Shown piece by piece: positions 22,915 through 34,184 of a stretch of 64,000 nucleotides of DNA. The DNA lies in contig NW_003314398.1 of the NCBI RefSeq assembly GCF_000143415.4, positions 216,005 through 280,004 of the forward strand. The letters run 5' to 3'. This stretch comes from Selaginella moellendorffii. Its lineage: Eukaryota; Plantae; Lycopodiophyta. Numbering within the stretch: position 1 is the stretch's first letter; the number at the start of each line of letters is the position of its first letter. Below the pieces are notes generated by a model, which worked only from the letters and a program-made list of their open reading frames with translations, was not told the DNA's origin and did no database searches. A program made the position numbers and the translations under genes.

Positions 22915-23550
22915 GCTTATAATGGCGTGTGCCCTCATGCCATTTACTTGATCACCAAATACCTTTTTCCCTTTGCACTAGTATATCTTAATACCGGTCT
23001 GAGAAATAGAATGGCATGTGCCCTCAGGCCTTTTACTAAATCACCTTTGAAAGAAATGCAAGCCTCTATGTTGTAAAAAAAAGGTACTAGAGAAATTCCT
23101 TAATAATATGAATGTTATTTAGTTTCATGAAAATACACTAAGGGTCAAATGAGTTAAATGACTTCTCCAGACTAGCAATGCCTCTTGCTACACCTTCACA
23201 ATTAGATTCATTAGAAAAAGATAACATTGAATAATATCTAAATGTTCTCACCATTAAGTTATATGTCTGGCTAATAGGAATGACGTTCATCTTGGAAAGC
23301 TCACCACACGCTCAATGAACAAACAAATAGTGTGTGCGCGCATGCCATCGCTCTTCTTTAGCTTCAGATTCGGCTTGTTCACCTTGACAATGAGATTTAT
23401 TATACAACTAGATGGACTCAGTCTGGACACAAAGCCACCGCGCTAGTCACCATGCCCCAGATATGTCTAGCCCCTGGACAAAAAACATATAATTTCACGT
23501 CATTTTCAAATACTTGAAAATTTGTACCTAGTCCCATTTTACTGAATAAA

Positions 23551-23574
23551 TCCCACTTTAACGAAATAGAGCTT
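23551..23574 (-). repeat. Terminal inverted repeat, copy 1 right
   Basis: TCCCACTTTAACGAAATAGAGCTT. Confidence 0.95.
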
Positions 23575-26500
23575 TCTTGGATTAAGAGTCATTCTTTCTT
23601 TAGAATGGAAAATTTTCCACAAATTTTCTTAGGCTTTTCTGATGGCTGATCTGTTGATCATTTTGCCCAAAAACCATTCCGTTTTCGTAAGCCACTACAA
23701 ACTAGTGAAGGGGTTGGAGTTGACTTTGGTTAGCTTAAACCTTAGTAGGTAGTTTATATAATGTAGCCCGAAAGGGATGCTACCTTTTGGAGCTAAGGCA
23801 ATTGAGTTGAATAAAGTCTAGAGTTAGTGTAGAAAAGTGGCCATTGCACTTTTCTAAGAAAGGTGACCCTTGTGCCTTTCTTCTGTAGTGTTATGCTTGG
23901 TGGCAGGTTGCACCTTGCAATTTGTTAGACTCTATGAGAGTAGTGAGCTCTCACTGATCTTGACTTGGACTTGGTGGCCCTGCGCCTTGGCTGAGGATAG
24001 TGATGTCCAACTTGGTTGTTTGAAGTTGAGATGTTGGTACCTGTACTATAGCTTTGTCTAAGTGGAGGTTGTATACCGATATGAGTCCATCTCATGGTCT
24101 TCACTTTAGCTTCGACTAAGTGTTAGTTATGTATAGCTAGCCTCTTCAAAGGCATGCTTAGAGCTATTGACTAGACGTGTTGGTGAGCTTATTACAGTTG
24201 AGTTGGATTCGAGTGGTCATTTAGTTTATGCTTGTCAATGAACCTTTATCTTGTATCTGGGGTATTACGTTCATGTTGGACAAGTATATAACTTGATGGC
24301 GCAAGTTTAGTGTTTAGGTCTTGTGAAGGCAAGTTGAAAGGTGATTGTTAGTTGCTTTGCGACTGGTGATTACTTGTAGACTTTGTCAAGGACTTTTGAC
24401 ACTTGCTTCACTCGGTAATAATTTAGCAGTGATGGGTTTGCTTTACTGAATGGTGTTGCGGAGGATCATGTCATTAGGCTTACATAGGCTTTCCATGTTG
24501 GCATATCAATTCTACCTTTGTTGATATCATTTGGTTACATTTAGTTTGTGGTGTTGGATTTCATTGAGTCTTGGCAAGTGTGAGTTAGTTGTAGTCTCGA
24601 CAAGATTGTTTAATAAGGGTTGAGCTCTAGCTTTTCCTTGAAAAGTGATTCAGTTGTGGACTATGCTAACTCTACAAGTGGAAGAGTTAGTGATCGATAT
24701 TGGAAAGTTTGAATCATTATTGGGTTTGAGTTGGAATATATCGATCATTGATGATTCTTCTTGTGCTTGTTATGAAGTGAGTTACGTCTTACTATAGATG
24801 GATTCATGGAGGATCGTTTGGTGATCACTTGTCGAACATAACTTCGTTATGCTTGGCTTTTGGATTGATGCAAACGTGCTCTTCATTAGCTTTGCATTAT
24901 GAAGTTCGGCTTATGGATGTGTTAAGGAAGATATTGTGGGTTGCACTATGATTTCTTCTTTAACATTGAAGTTAGTTCATACAAAGCTTGTGATCATTAT
25001 TAGGCAAGACTTGGCTATAAGCTTCTTCAAGCTTTTGGTTCCTTGAGTTTTCATGCTTATGGTGCATTTGTTATAAGTTGTTGGGGAAGACATTTTAGCT
25101 CATTAGCTTCAATGTTGAAGTTAGTATTTGCATGTGGCAATCATCTAGGATAATTGATTATTCTTGTTTGAAGTTTTGCTTAATTATTGTTGATAAAGAA
25201 TGATTTGCCATTCTTTGCAATGGTGGATTCCTTCTTTAATGATGATTTTGCATATTTTCTTTTGATGGGATGATTGATGATCTTTCATGATGGTTAGTTG
25301 TTCTTTTTGATGGTTTATGGCTTTTCGCAATATCACATGTTCTTTGTGGTTTGCCTTGAATTGGTCTCTTGGGTTTGAGACATCAGTAGGATATTGTTGA
25401 CACTTGCTTAAGCGACTCTAGTTCCTTGGTATTATTGACTGGGATCTATATAGATTAGCTAGTGCAATAATTGGCATGAACGAGTGTTTGTTAGCCATGC
25501 AACATTCATTCTATTCTGTTGATTATTGCTTGAGTTAACTCTGATAGATTGAGGTGTTATTACTTTTGGGTGATACATTCGCGAGCATTTTGTTTGCCAG
25601 TCAATGATACTTTGTGTTCTTTGAGTTATTTTTCGTAAGTTGTTTAGCATACTATCTACCATCTTTAGTAATTAAGTTTTATCATTGAGTTTTTTGCTGA
25701 TACACTTGCTATTGAGTTTTGTTGGATGGTGATTCCTATGTTTACCAATTATGATGATCTTGGTGGTTGCTATACTATAATACTAGTTTATCAGATGATA
25801 ACTTACTTGGAATACTTTTGTGTTCTAATCTAAGCTTTACTCATTGATACTTCAGTCTCTTAAATATCATTGTCTCTGACTTTGATATTGTCCATCTATT
25901 GATCTTGGAACTTGGGCCAGTATAGGCAGACTGGCTTCGGCACTTCGTGTGTATGGTGAAATCTCTAGTCATAGAGTAGCTACTGTCGACTAGTCACATT
26001 ACCCGCCTCTCTGTCGATGTTCCTTATTCCGTTAAAAGGGTGTGACCGTGTAAACAACTCTAACTGCCTGTTTACAGTAGTATATCTAAACCTTACCGAC
26101 GGGTTTGGTTTCTTTGTTTAGGAGGGTTGGGGCCTCTGGCTTCTCTCTCTATGTCCCTGTGGGCAGGGGCGTATCACACTTTTGTAAGCTAGGTGACTCC
26201 CAGAGCAGCAAGGGTGGCTGACTCCGTTGGTCATTTCCTTGTCAGCGACGGCCGGAAGGTGTCTGAGCTGATAGTGCATCCGCGTTAGACAAAGAGGTTG
26301 CCTCCTAACTCATTTAAGTTGGTGCATTTCTCACATAATGTGAATACCGTGAACTTTTTGGGAGTTGTTTCCTTGGCGGTATTCTAGACTCGAGTATGCA
26401 TCGACGAGGACGTCGATCTTCCCTAGGGGGGGAGAGTGTCACGAATGTGACTTCGGGTATTGAAAATTACCTGTCGGCCAGTCCTTACGGATACTCTTAC

Positions 26501-27558
26501 CTTACTACCACGATGGCAGGAGGTCGGTATTGCTGAACCCTTTATCAGTCCCTCTTGTTCAAGTGTTAGTAAATTGGACTTTGCATCTGTACTTGGCCAG
26601 ATGAGCATAAGGACGGAATTCCTAAGTGTCTATTCAGCCAAGCATACTTGGCCTGGCTTTTTAGTTCTCTTTTTCTTTGTCTTGCACTGGCTTGATAAGA
26701 ACCCTCGTGTATTAAGATTGGTCCCTCAATATCACTACATGATAGCTTACTGTGTCTGTACCTTTATGTTAGTCTCATTTCGGTCTCAAATGCTATTTAT
26801 GCAAAGTGTTCAGATTTACTCATTTGGCATATCTACGGAATGTAGAGATTGTCCTGAACACAACAGTGTTCGTCCCTTGCCCAAATTCACAATTTAGGGA
26901 CATTCCATATTTAGTAAGTTTTGAGCTTGTCCCAGAGACTAACTCCTGATACTAAGGGAGGCTTGGGGTGAAAGCCCAAAGAGTGTGTTCCTCAAGGGGG
27001 GGGGGGGGGGGGGGGCTATGGGGGGTTCCAAATGTATAGTAGGGATAGTGGGTAGGTTGGGCATGGCCAACCAACCTGAGGCATAGTCTAGCTCCCGCTT
27101 GCGTGTTTGTCCTTGTTTTGCATCTGGCTTGGGTCTAAGCCCAAGTTCCATTCCATGCTAGCTGGTGGAGTACCCATGTCCTCGCATTAGGCCACCGGTA
27201 TGCCGAAATAGCGCCAGACTTTGTTTGGCTCCGTTTTGCGTGCTGGTCCTGGCATTGGGATGCTGGTTACTCTAGGACTGTTCCAAGTCGCTCCAGATTC
27301 CTATCCCTTCACTCTTTGGGCTTCATGCTCAAGAGTTGCTCCGTGGTTCGGTTCCACCACTCTTTGGCTTCATGCTTGGGAGTTTGGCACTGTTCCTTCA
27401 TTCAGTGGCCCAAGGCCTTAAACCTCGGGTTCCTATGGACACGTGGCATGGACACGTGGCATCTGTCTCGTGGCACAAAGAGGGTTCAGGTTTCGCTTCG
27501 TAGTGTTATCCTATGGTAAATCACCATAGAATAAAGGGTCAAAACCACGTGCACTACA
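23575..27558 (+). mobile_element. 3' part of a non-coding LARD: internal region, PPT (26425-26436) and 3' LTR (26437-27558)
   Basis: AGGGGGGGAGAG PPT then TGTCA...CTACA. Internal region colinear with 52630-54260; no long ORFs. Confidence 0.85.
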
Positions 27559-27694
27559 ACATCATTGCACTTGCAAAGGAGTAAATAGTTAAATAGAAGG
27601 TAGAGAGTATACAATTATCATTCAAGACCTTTTTATGTCTAGACTTTACGAAGTGTAAGGAACATAGGAATGCATATGCTTCTTACAAGCATAT

Positions 27695-29301
27695 TGTGAG
27701 ACACAAAATCCTAGGCCCCAAAGTGGAGCCGGAGGGGCGCCACGTGGTAGTGGCCGAAGCGAAAGCCAAACGAGCGTAACACATTTGGACTAAAAGCTCC
27801 GCCTTGAAAGGTCGAGAGCGGGAGTGGAACTCCCAACAAAGGGCTCGAGGAACAAGCATAAAGAGAGCAATAAGCGAGGCTCCAAAAAGGGACCCGAGAT
27901 GGAGTCCGAGATGGACCCGAGATGAAGCCCGAGATGGAGTCCGAGATGGACCCGAGATGGAGTCCGAGATGGAGTCTGAGATGGAGTCCAAGATGGACCC
28001 GAGATGGAGTCCAAGATGGAGTCCGAGATGGAGTTTGAGATGGATCCGAGATAGAGTCCGAGATGGACCCGAGATGGAGTCCGAGATGGACCCGAGATAG
28101 AGTCCAAGATGGAGTCCGAGATGGAGTCCAAGATGGACCCGAGATGGACCCGAGATGGGACCCGAGATGGACCCGAGATGGACCCGAGATGGAGTCCAAA
28201 GTCGAGACCGGGACTGAGACCGAGACCGGGACCGAGACCAAGACCGAGATCGGGACCGAGACCGGGACCGAGGCCGAGGCCGAGTCCGAGTCCGAGTCCG
28301 AGGCCGAGTCCGAGTTCGAGTCTGAGAGGGTGAAAGCCCAAAGCGTTCGTCTCCCAGACCCTGGGGGGTTTGGTGAGCTCCAAAAGTATAGTAGGGGGAG
28401 GACTGCAGTGGAGCCAGTTTGGCCAGGAAAGGCTAGTTTGGCCCAGGAAGGCCGGACCCAATGTTGGGTGATGAGCTGCCCACTGGGAAGTCCAAGACTA
28501 GAGTGAACACGGACCGACAAGCGGGGTAGCTTGGTGAAGTGTTCAAGAGCCGGCTCTAGTTCCCCCGGGAGATCGACTGGCTGGGTGGCACTACCTACTT
28601 GGATACCTGTCGTGGCTCAACGGAACCTCACTCTAAGCCCATGGCTAGAACACCTAAAAGCGAAAGGCGGGGAAAGTACCCATGAGGCTTGCGTAAGGCC
28701 ACGGTGTTCCGAAATGTTGTCCCAAAGTCCCAGACTATGGAAAGGAAGAGGAGTAGCCCTCTGGTGTGGTGACAAAGGACACGGTCACCCAGTGAGGAAG
28801 TCCCAGAGGACAGTTGGACTTAGAGGTCGGGCCTGCGGGCCTTGATCCAGTGGCAGTGTTGGTGAACACGGCCATCGACAAAGAGGGACTTGGTGGGGAC
28901 CGGAAAAGAGATATTGGGGAAGGTTATTCCCTAAGTCTACGAGCATCCTAAGGATGCTAAAGAGTGGATCTGGGATGATCACTCATCGATGGATGGCCTA
29001 GTCTATGAAAGACAGGATTGTAATGTAGGTGGTGTTGGACCACCGGTGTGACCAAGGTGAATAGGTATGGCCTCAGCGTAACGGGCCGATATGTCGGTGG
29101 TACCTTGGGGTGTCGATCATGGGATCGGACACGTGGAGCACTTAGACCAAGTGCAAAGGTTGAGTGGCAGGGATGCCATTCTCGGGGCTAGCAAGCCCCA
29201 AGTCCTAACTGGGACTTGTGGAGGTTGTGAATGAGACTCCTCCAAGTGGTCGGAGGTGTGGTTAAGTGACTAAAGTAAAATGGAAAAATTAGTCGCTTAC
29301 A
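27695..29301 (+). mobile_element. Solo LTR (1.6 kb) with 5-bp TSD CATAT
   Basis: TG..CA ends with CATAT at 27690-27694 and 29302-29306. The empty site is visible in the paralogous AT-rich repeat near 31310. Orientation not established. Confidence 0.88.
27890..28325 (+). repeat. Minisatellite of 10-12 bp units (CCGAGATGGAGT / CCGAGATGGA) grading into 6-bp GAGACC/GAGTCC units
   Basis: Directly visible tandem repeats; related arrays at 29803-30195, 61200-61300 (rc) and 62265-62422. Confidence 0.9.
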
Positions 29302-29790
29302 CATATATATTACATCTTCATCAACACCTTACACTAGGAATCTAAAATAGACAATCACATACACTATACAAGCCTTAGTATTGTTGAATCATATAAGACT
29401 TTTGGAGCCAACTAGAATTTCCAAGATTATTGATGTTTATTCTCTATCAATAATATAAACTTATTATAATTTATATAATTAATAAAAATAACATATTTTT
29501 TATTTGATATACTTAAGAGTGTTTTTTTTCACAATATTGCTCATAATACTTTGTATCTCTATTTTTGTTTTTACCATCTCAAAAAATATTTCATGGTAGT
29601 TTTTCAGGTGCATGGTGTTGTAGTGTATCACAAGAGCATATGTACTATTATACTGATCGTCAACTTGTTTTCACTAAAGCCAATAAACATAAAAAGCATT
29701 TCTTGAATGTCATAAAATTACAATTTTCTAAAATAAGTAGGAGAGCATTCTTTTTCGTTATACCCTCTATCATTGTTTTTATCTCCAACT

Positions 29791-31173
29791 TGTGATATCC
29801 AAAATGGAGTCCGAGATGGAGTCTGAGATGGAATCCGATATGGATTCGAAATGGACCCAATATGAACCTGAGATGGAGTCCAAGATGGACCCGAGATGGA
29901 GTCCAATAAGGACCTAAGATAGAGTCTGAGATAGAATTAGAGATGGACCTGAGATGGAATCTGAGATGGACCTAAAATGGAGTTTGAGATGGACCTGAGA
30001 TGGAATCTGAGATGGAGTTTGAGATGAACCCGAGATGGAGTTTGAGGTGGACCAAGATGGAATCCGAGGTTGAGTTTGAGGTCGAGGCCGAGACTGAGAC
30101 TGAGACTGAGACCAAGTTCGAGACTAAGACTGAGTCTAAGACTGAGACTGAGATCAAGACCAAGTCCAAGTCTGAGTCCAAGTTTAAGTCTGAGGGTGAA
30201 AGCCCAAAGCGATCATCTCTCAGACCCTAGGGGGTTTGGTGAGCTCCAAAAATATAGTCAGTGGAGCCAGTTTGGCCAGGAAAGGTTAGTGTGACGAAAG
30301 AAGGCTATACCCACGTGGTGGGTAATGATATAATCACTAAGGAGTCCAAGGCTAGAGTGAACATGGACAGACAAGTGGAGTAACTTAGTGAAGTGTTCAA
30401 GAGTTGACTTTAACTCCCCTAGAGATTAAATGGTTAATGCTCTCAATTCAAGTGTGGATGGCACTACCTACTTGAATATCTAGTGTGGCTCATCGAAACC
30501 TCTCTCTAGCCACATGACTAGGGCACCCAAAGGCGGAAGGTGGGGAGAGTACCCATGAGGCTTGCATAGAGCCACAGTGTTTCGAAAGTTCCAATGCCAT
30601 CCCAAAGTCTCGGACTGTGGAAAGGAAGAAGAATAATCTTTTTATGTAGTGATTAAAGATACGGTCACATGGTGAGGAAGTCCTAGAGGTCAGTGGGACT
30701 TAGTGGTTAGGCCTTCAAGCTTTGACCCAATAGCAGTGTTAGCGAGCATGGTCGTGGATAAGGACTTGGTGGGAACTGAAGAAAGGACATTGAGGAAGAG
30801 TGTTCCCTTTGTCTTCAAGCATTTTAAAGATGTTAATGTGTGGTCATGGGATGACTTTATGGACAAATAGCCCAATCTTTGAGAGATGGGACTGTGATGT
30901 AGGTGGTGTTGGACCACTGATGTGACAAAGTGAATGGGCATGGCTTTAGCATAACAAATTGATATGTTCATAATACCTTTGGGTTAGTCATGGGATTAGA
31001 CATATGGAGCACTTGAACCAAATGCAAAGGTTGAATGGCATAAATGCCATTTTCGGGGTTAATATATCCCCAAGTTGGGAATAATACTTATGAAGGTGAT
31101 AAGTGAGATTCTTCCATGTGGTCAAAAGTGGGGTTAAATGACTAAAGTAAAATAAAAAATATAGTCACTTACA
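29791..31173 (+). mobile_element. Older, 5'-deleted copy of the same LTR family as 27695-29301
   Basis: Colinear homology with many C>T/G>A changes; ends in AGTCACTTACA; no matching TSD. Confidence 0.8.
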
Positions 31174-31179
31174 GTATAT

Positions 31180-32720
31180 TACTACATTTACAAATAAGTA
31201 TATAGTCAAAATAAAAGGTGGAAAGTACATAATTGTTATTCAAGAGTTTCCTTCTTTTATATATTTAAACTACCAAGCATAAGGAATATAGGAAGGCATA
31301 TTCTGATTACAAACATATATATTAGATCTTTATCAACACCTTATACTAGAATTTTAAAGTGGATATTTATATACATCATGCAATCCTTACTATTGCTAAA
31401 TTATAAAAGACTTTTAGAGCTAATTAGATTTTTCAAGAGTATTGATGTTTATTTTCAACTAATAATATAAAATTTTTATACTTTATATAATTTATTAAAA
31501 AGCATACTTTCCAATTCATATACTTGTGAGAGTTTTCCTTTTGGAATACTGCCTATAACACTCATATGTCTCTATTTCTATCTTTACCATCTCAAAAAAA
31601 AATTCATAATAGTCTTTGGGGGTGAAATATTATAATATGTTATGAAAGCATATATATTGTTATACTAATTGTTCCCATTATTTCCACTAGAAGATAAAAA
31701 AAATAGAGCATTTTTTAAAAGTCATGGAATTGCAATTCTCTAAAATAAGTAAAAGGACATTTTTCCTATACCTAGGTTGTTGTACCTTTTGTTATTGCAT
31801 CTATCTTAAACTTATATTTATTATCCTTTTTTCCTTTTTTTTGTATGATTTAATTGTATTATGCAATGGAATAGCTATTGCAACTTCTGACCCTTAAATT
31901 ACTACACTGGGAAGAAAAATTGCAATGTAAACTCCTATCCAATGTTGGATCTAAGAACTCTTTGATATTAAATGTAAACTCCTAAATTTGTACTTTCTAG
32001 GAGGTCACTTAATTTAGTACTATTCAAACTTAAAGACTCTTAACCCCAACTATCTCAAGACTCTTAACCAATTGGAAAAATAGGTACACTCTTAGTTATG
32101 GGCTCTTTCTCTTTATATTTAAACCTTTATAAATTATACTTCGAATCATTCCTTTTGGTTATTTACATGCAAAAGTTAATATTACCAACACCAGAACTCA
32201 TGAATATTTGTGTATATTTCTCTTTTAATGAGATTATAAATAAAAATCTATAAATTTTAGACATTATATTATGACAAACCCCTCAAAAATATATTTTAGG
32301 AAAGAACCAAGTCTCTCTTTTATATGTAACAAGTTTACATTAATAATTTGTTTTCTTTCAAACAGTTATAAAAGAATCTTATTTCAAATTTATTAATATT
32401 TAAATCATGATAAATATAATATTTAAAAGTTAGAAAACAAATAGTATAGATTTAAGAAAGTAATAAAGTTATTTTTTGTGCAAAAAAAATCTTATTTTAT
32501 ATTATATTCTAACAAACCTCCATATTATGGCATATAATAAATATTTAAATTCTTGGATAAGAAGTGTCATCCAGAAAAATTTTATCTATATAAAGTGTAG
32601 AGAGTTGTAAAAATATTAGGTTCACTATAAACCTTAATTTTATGAATTTATAATGTTTGTATAATACTATAATTGAAAATTGAGCTCAACTCGTAAGCTT
32701 AAATCTTCATCTTGTGAACT
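31180..32720. repeat. AT-rich dispersed repeat of unknown class
   Basis: Homologous to 27570-27694 + 29302-29790 and to ~50990-51970. Confidence 0.6.
31926..32167 (-). mobile_element. Internally deleted, decayed Cassandra-type TRIM with TGCAA TSD
   Basis: 31973-32167 is the rc of the 5S-bearing LTR at 54315-54509, followed by a degenerate PBS and a last LTR tip (31926-31935). TGCAA at 31921-31925 and 32168-32172; empty site near 51458. Confidence 0.75.
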
Positions 32721-32795
32721 CAAGAATGGCTTGCACTCTTTGTGATGAAATGGTGAATAGTTGATAAATCTTATTTTGGCTCATTCATATATAAG

Positions 32796-33051
32796 TGTAA
32801 CGCATATGATCATGGAATAAGATTTGGATATATTGTTACTGTGAATCTTTGGAACTTTAGAGGATAAATGGGGATAAAATAGCCACTAAAGGCTTTTTTA
32901 TCAAGCAATTGCCCCTTTTCTAGTTGGCTTAAGGGGAGAGAGATAAAGTGTGTTATATGTGGTATCGGAACAAATGGTACAGGTTCGATTCCTATTGATT
33001 AGTGGCTAATTAAAAATATAATATACCCTTGAGCAAAGTATATTTCTACCC
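32796..33051 (+). mobile_element. 5' half of the split TRIM (5' LTR, PBS, internal region)
   Basis: Matches 55887-56142; PBS TGGTATCGGA; preceded by TSD ATAAG; ends in ACCC at the TIR. Confidence 0.85.
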
Positions 33052-34184
33052 AAGCTCTATTTCGTTAAAGTGGGATTTATTCAGTAAAATGGGACTAGGT
33101 ACAAATTTTCAAGTATTTGAAAATGACGTGAAATTATATGTTTTTTGTCCAGGGGCTAGACATATCTGGGGCATGGTGACTAGCGCGGTGACCTTATGTC
33201 CAGACTGAGTCCATCTAGTTGTATAATAAATCTCATTGTCAAGGTGAACAAGCCGAATCTGAAGCTAAAGAAGAGCGATGGCATGCGCGCACACACTATT
33301 TGTTTGTTCATTGAGCGTGTGGTGAGCTTTCCAAGATGAACATCATTCCTATTAGCCAGACATATAACTTAATGGTGAGAACATTTAGATATTATTCAAT
33401 GTTATCTTTTTCTAACGAATCTAATTGTGAAGGTGTAGCAAGAGGCATTGCTAGTCTGGAGAAGTCATTTAACTCATTTGACCCTTAGTGTATTTTCATG
33501 AAACTAAATAACATTCATATTATTAAGGAATTTCTCTAGTACCTTTTTTTTACGACATAGAGGCTTGCATTTCTTTCAAAGGTGATTTAGTAAAAGGCCT
33601 GAGGGCACATGCCATTCTATTTCTCAGACCGGTATTAAGATATACTAGTGCAAAGGGAAAAAGGTATTTGGTGATCAAGTAAATGGCATGAGGGCACACG
33701 CCATTATAAGCCTAAGCGCTAGTGGACACCTCCTTTTTGGTACTCTCAGCGGTACTATCATCCTTCTCCGGGTCAGTTGTTTTGCTTTGGATTGTTGTCT
33801 CTGACGTTACTGGGGCGTTCTCGATAGTTGTTAATGTTGCCGTTTGTTCAGAAAAATGATCACCTGGAGTATAGTACGGGGAGTTTGGAAGACTTATATA
33901 TTCTACATCTTCACCTATCTCCTTCTCCGTCTCCTTTTCTGCCTCACTTACAGATTTTGTGCTTGCCATGAGAACGCTCTTCACCCTAAAATATGGAGTT
34001 CGTTGTGTTATAAAAGGAAACCAACACACACGCTGCAAGGGAATGATGGTACATAAAGCACGTAAGCCCACAATATGGGTTTATGTGCCATTAATATGGG
34101 CCACACGCCATATTATTAGATTTATGCACGTGTGATTGGTAAATGCATATGTCACATCATCTTTGTTTTACCTCACACACTATA

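Larger units (their letters stand above)
11437..23348. repeat. Dispersed 22-bp palindrome family ATGGCRTG-N6-CAYGCCAT (about 22 copies in copy 1, some one-armed)
   Basis: Manual starts: 11437, 12514, 12589, 13819, 14010, 14151, 15623, 16899, 16959, 17036, 17817, 18669, 18741, 19040, 19138, 19208, 21042, 21099, 22515, 22922, 23011, 23327. Mirrored in copy 2. Confidence 0.92.
11062..23574. mobile_element. Large TIR DNA transposon (Sola-like), copy 1, 12.5 kb
   Basis: Perfect 24-bp TIRs at 11062-11085 and 23551-23574. Contains a DDD transposase and a large cargo gene. Near-identical inverted copy at 33052-46358. 4-bp TSDs GGGT and AAGA are recoverable once the two copies are paired crosswise. 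Confidence 0.93.

Noticed and set aside
11437-23348. Palindromes as a CRISPR-like array or as independent MITE insertions
   Set aside because: Spacing is irregular (60 bp to several kb), there are no uniform spacers or cas genes, and no TSDs flank individual copies.
27683-28520. ORFs of 100-270 aa on both strands
   Set aside because: Artefacts of stop-free minisatellite units inside a solo LTR.
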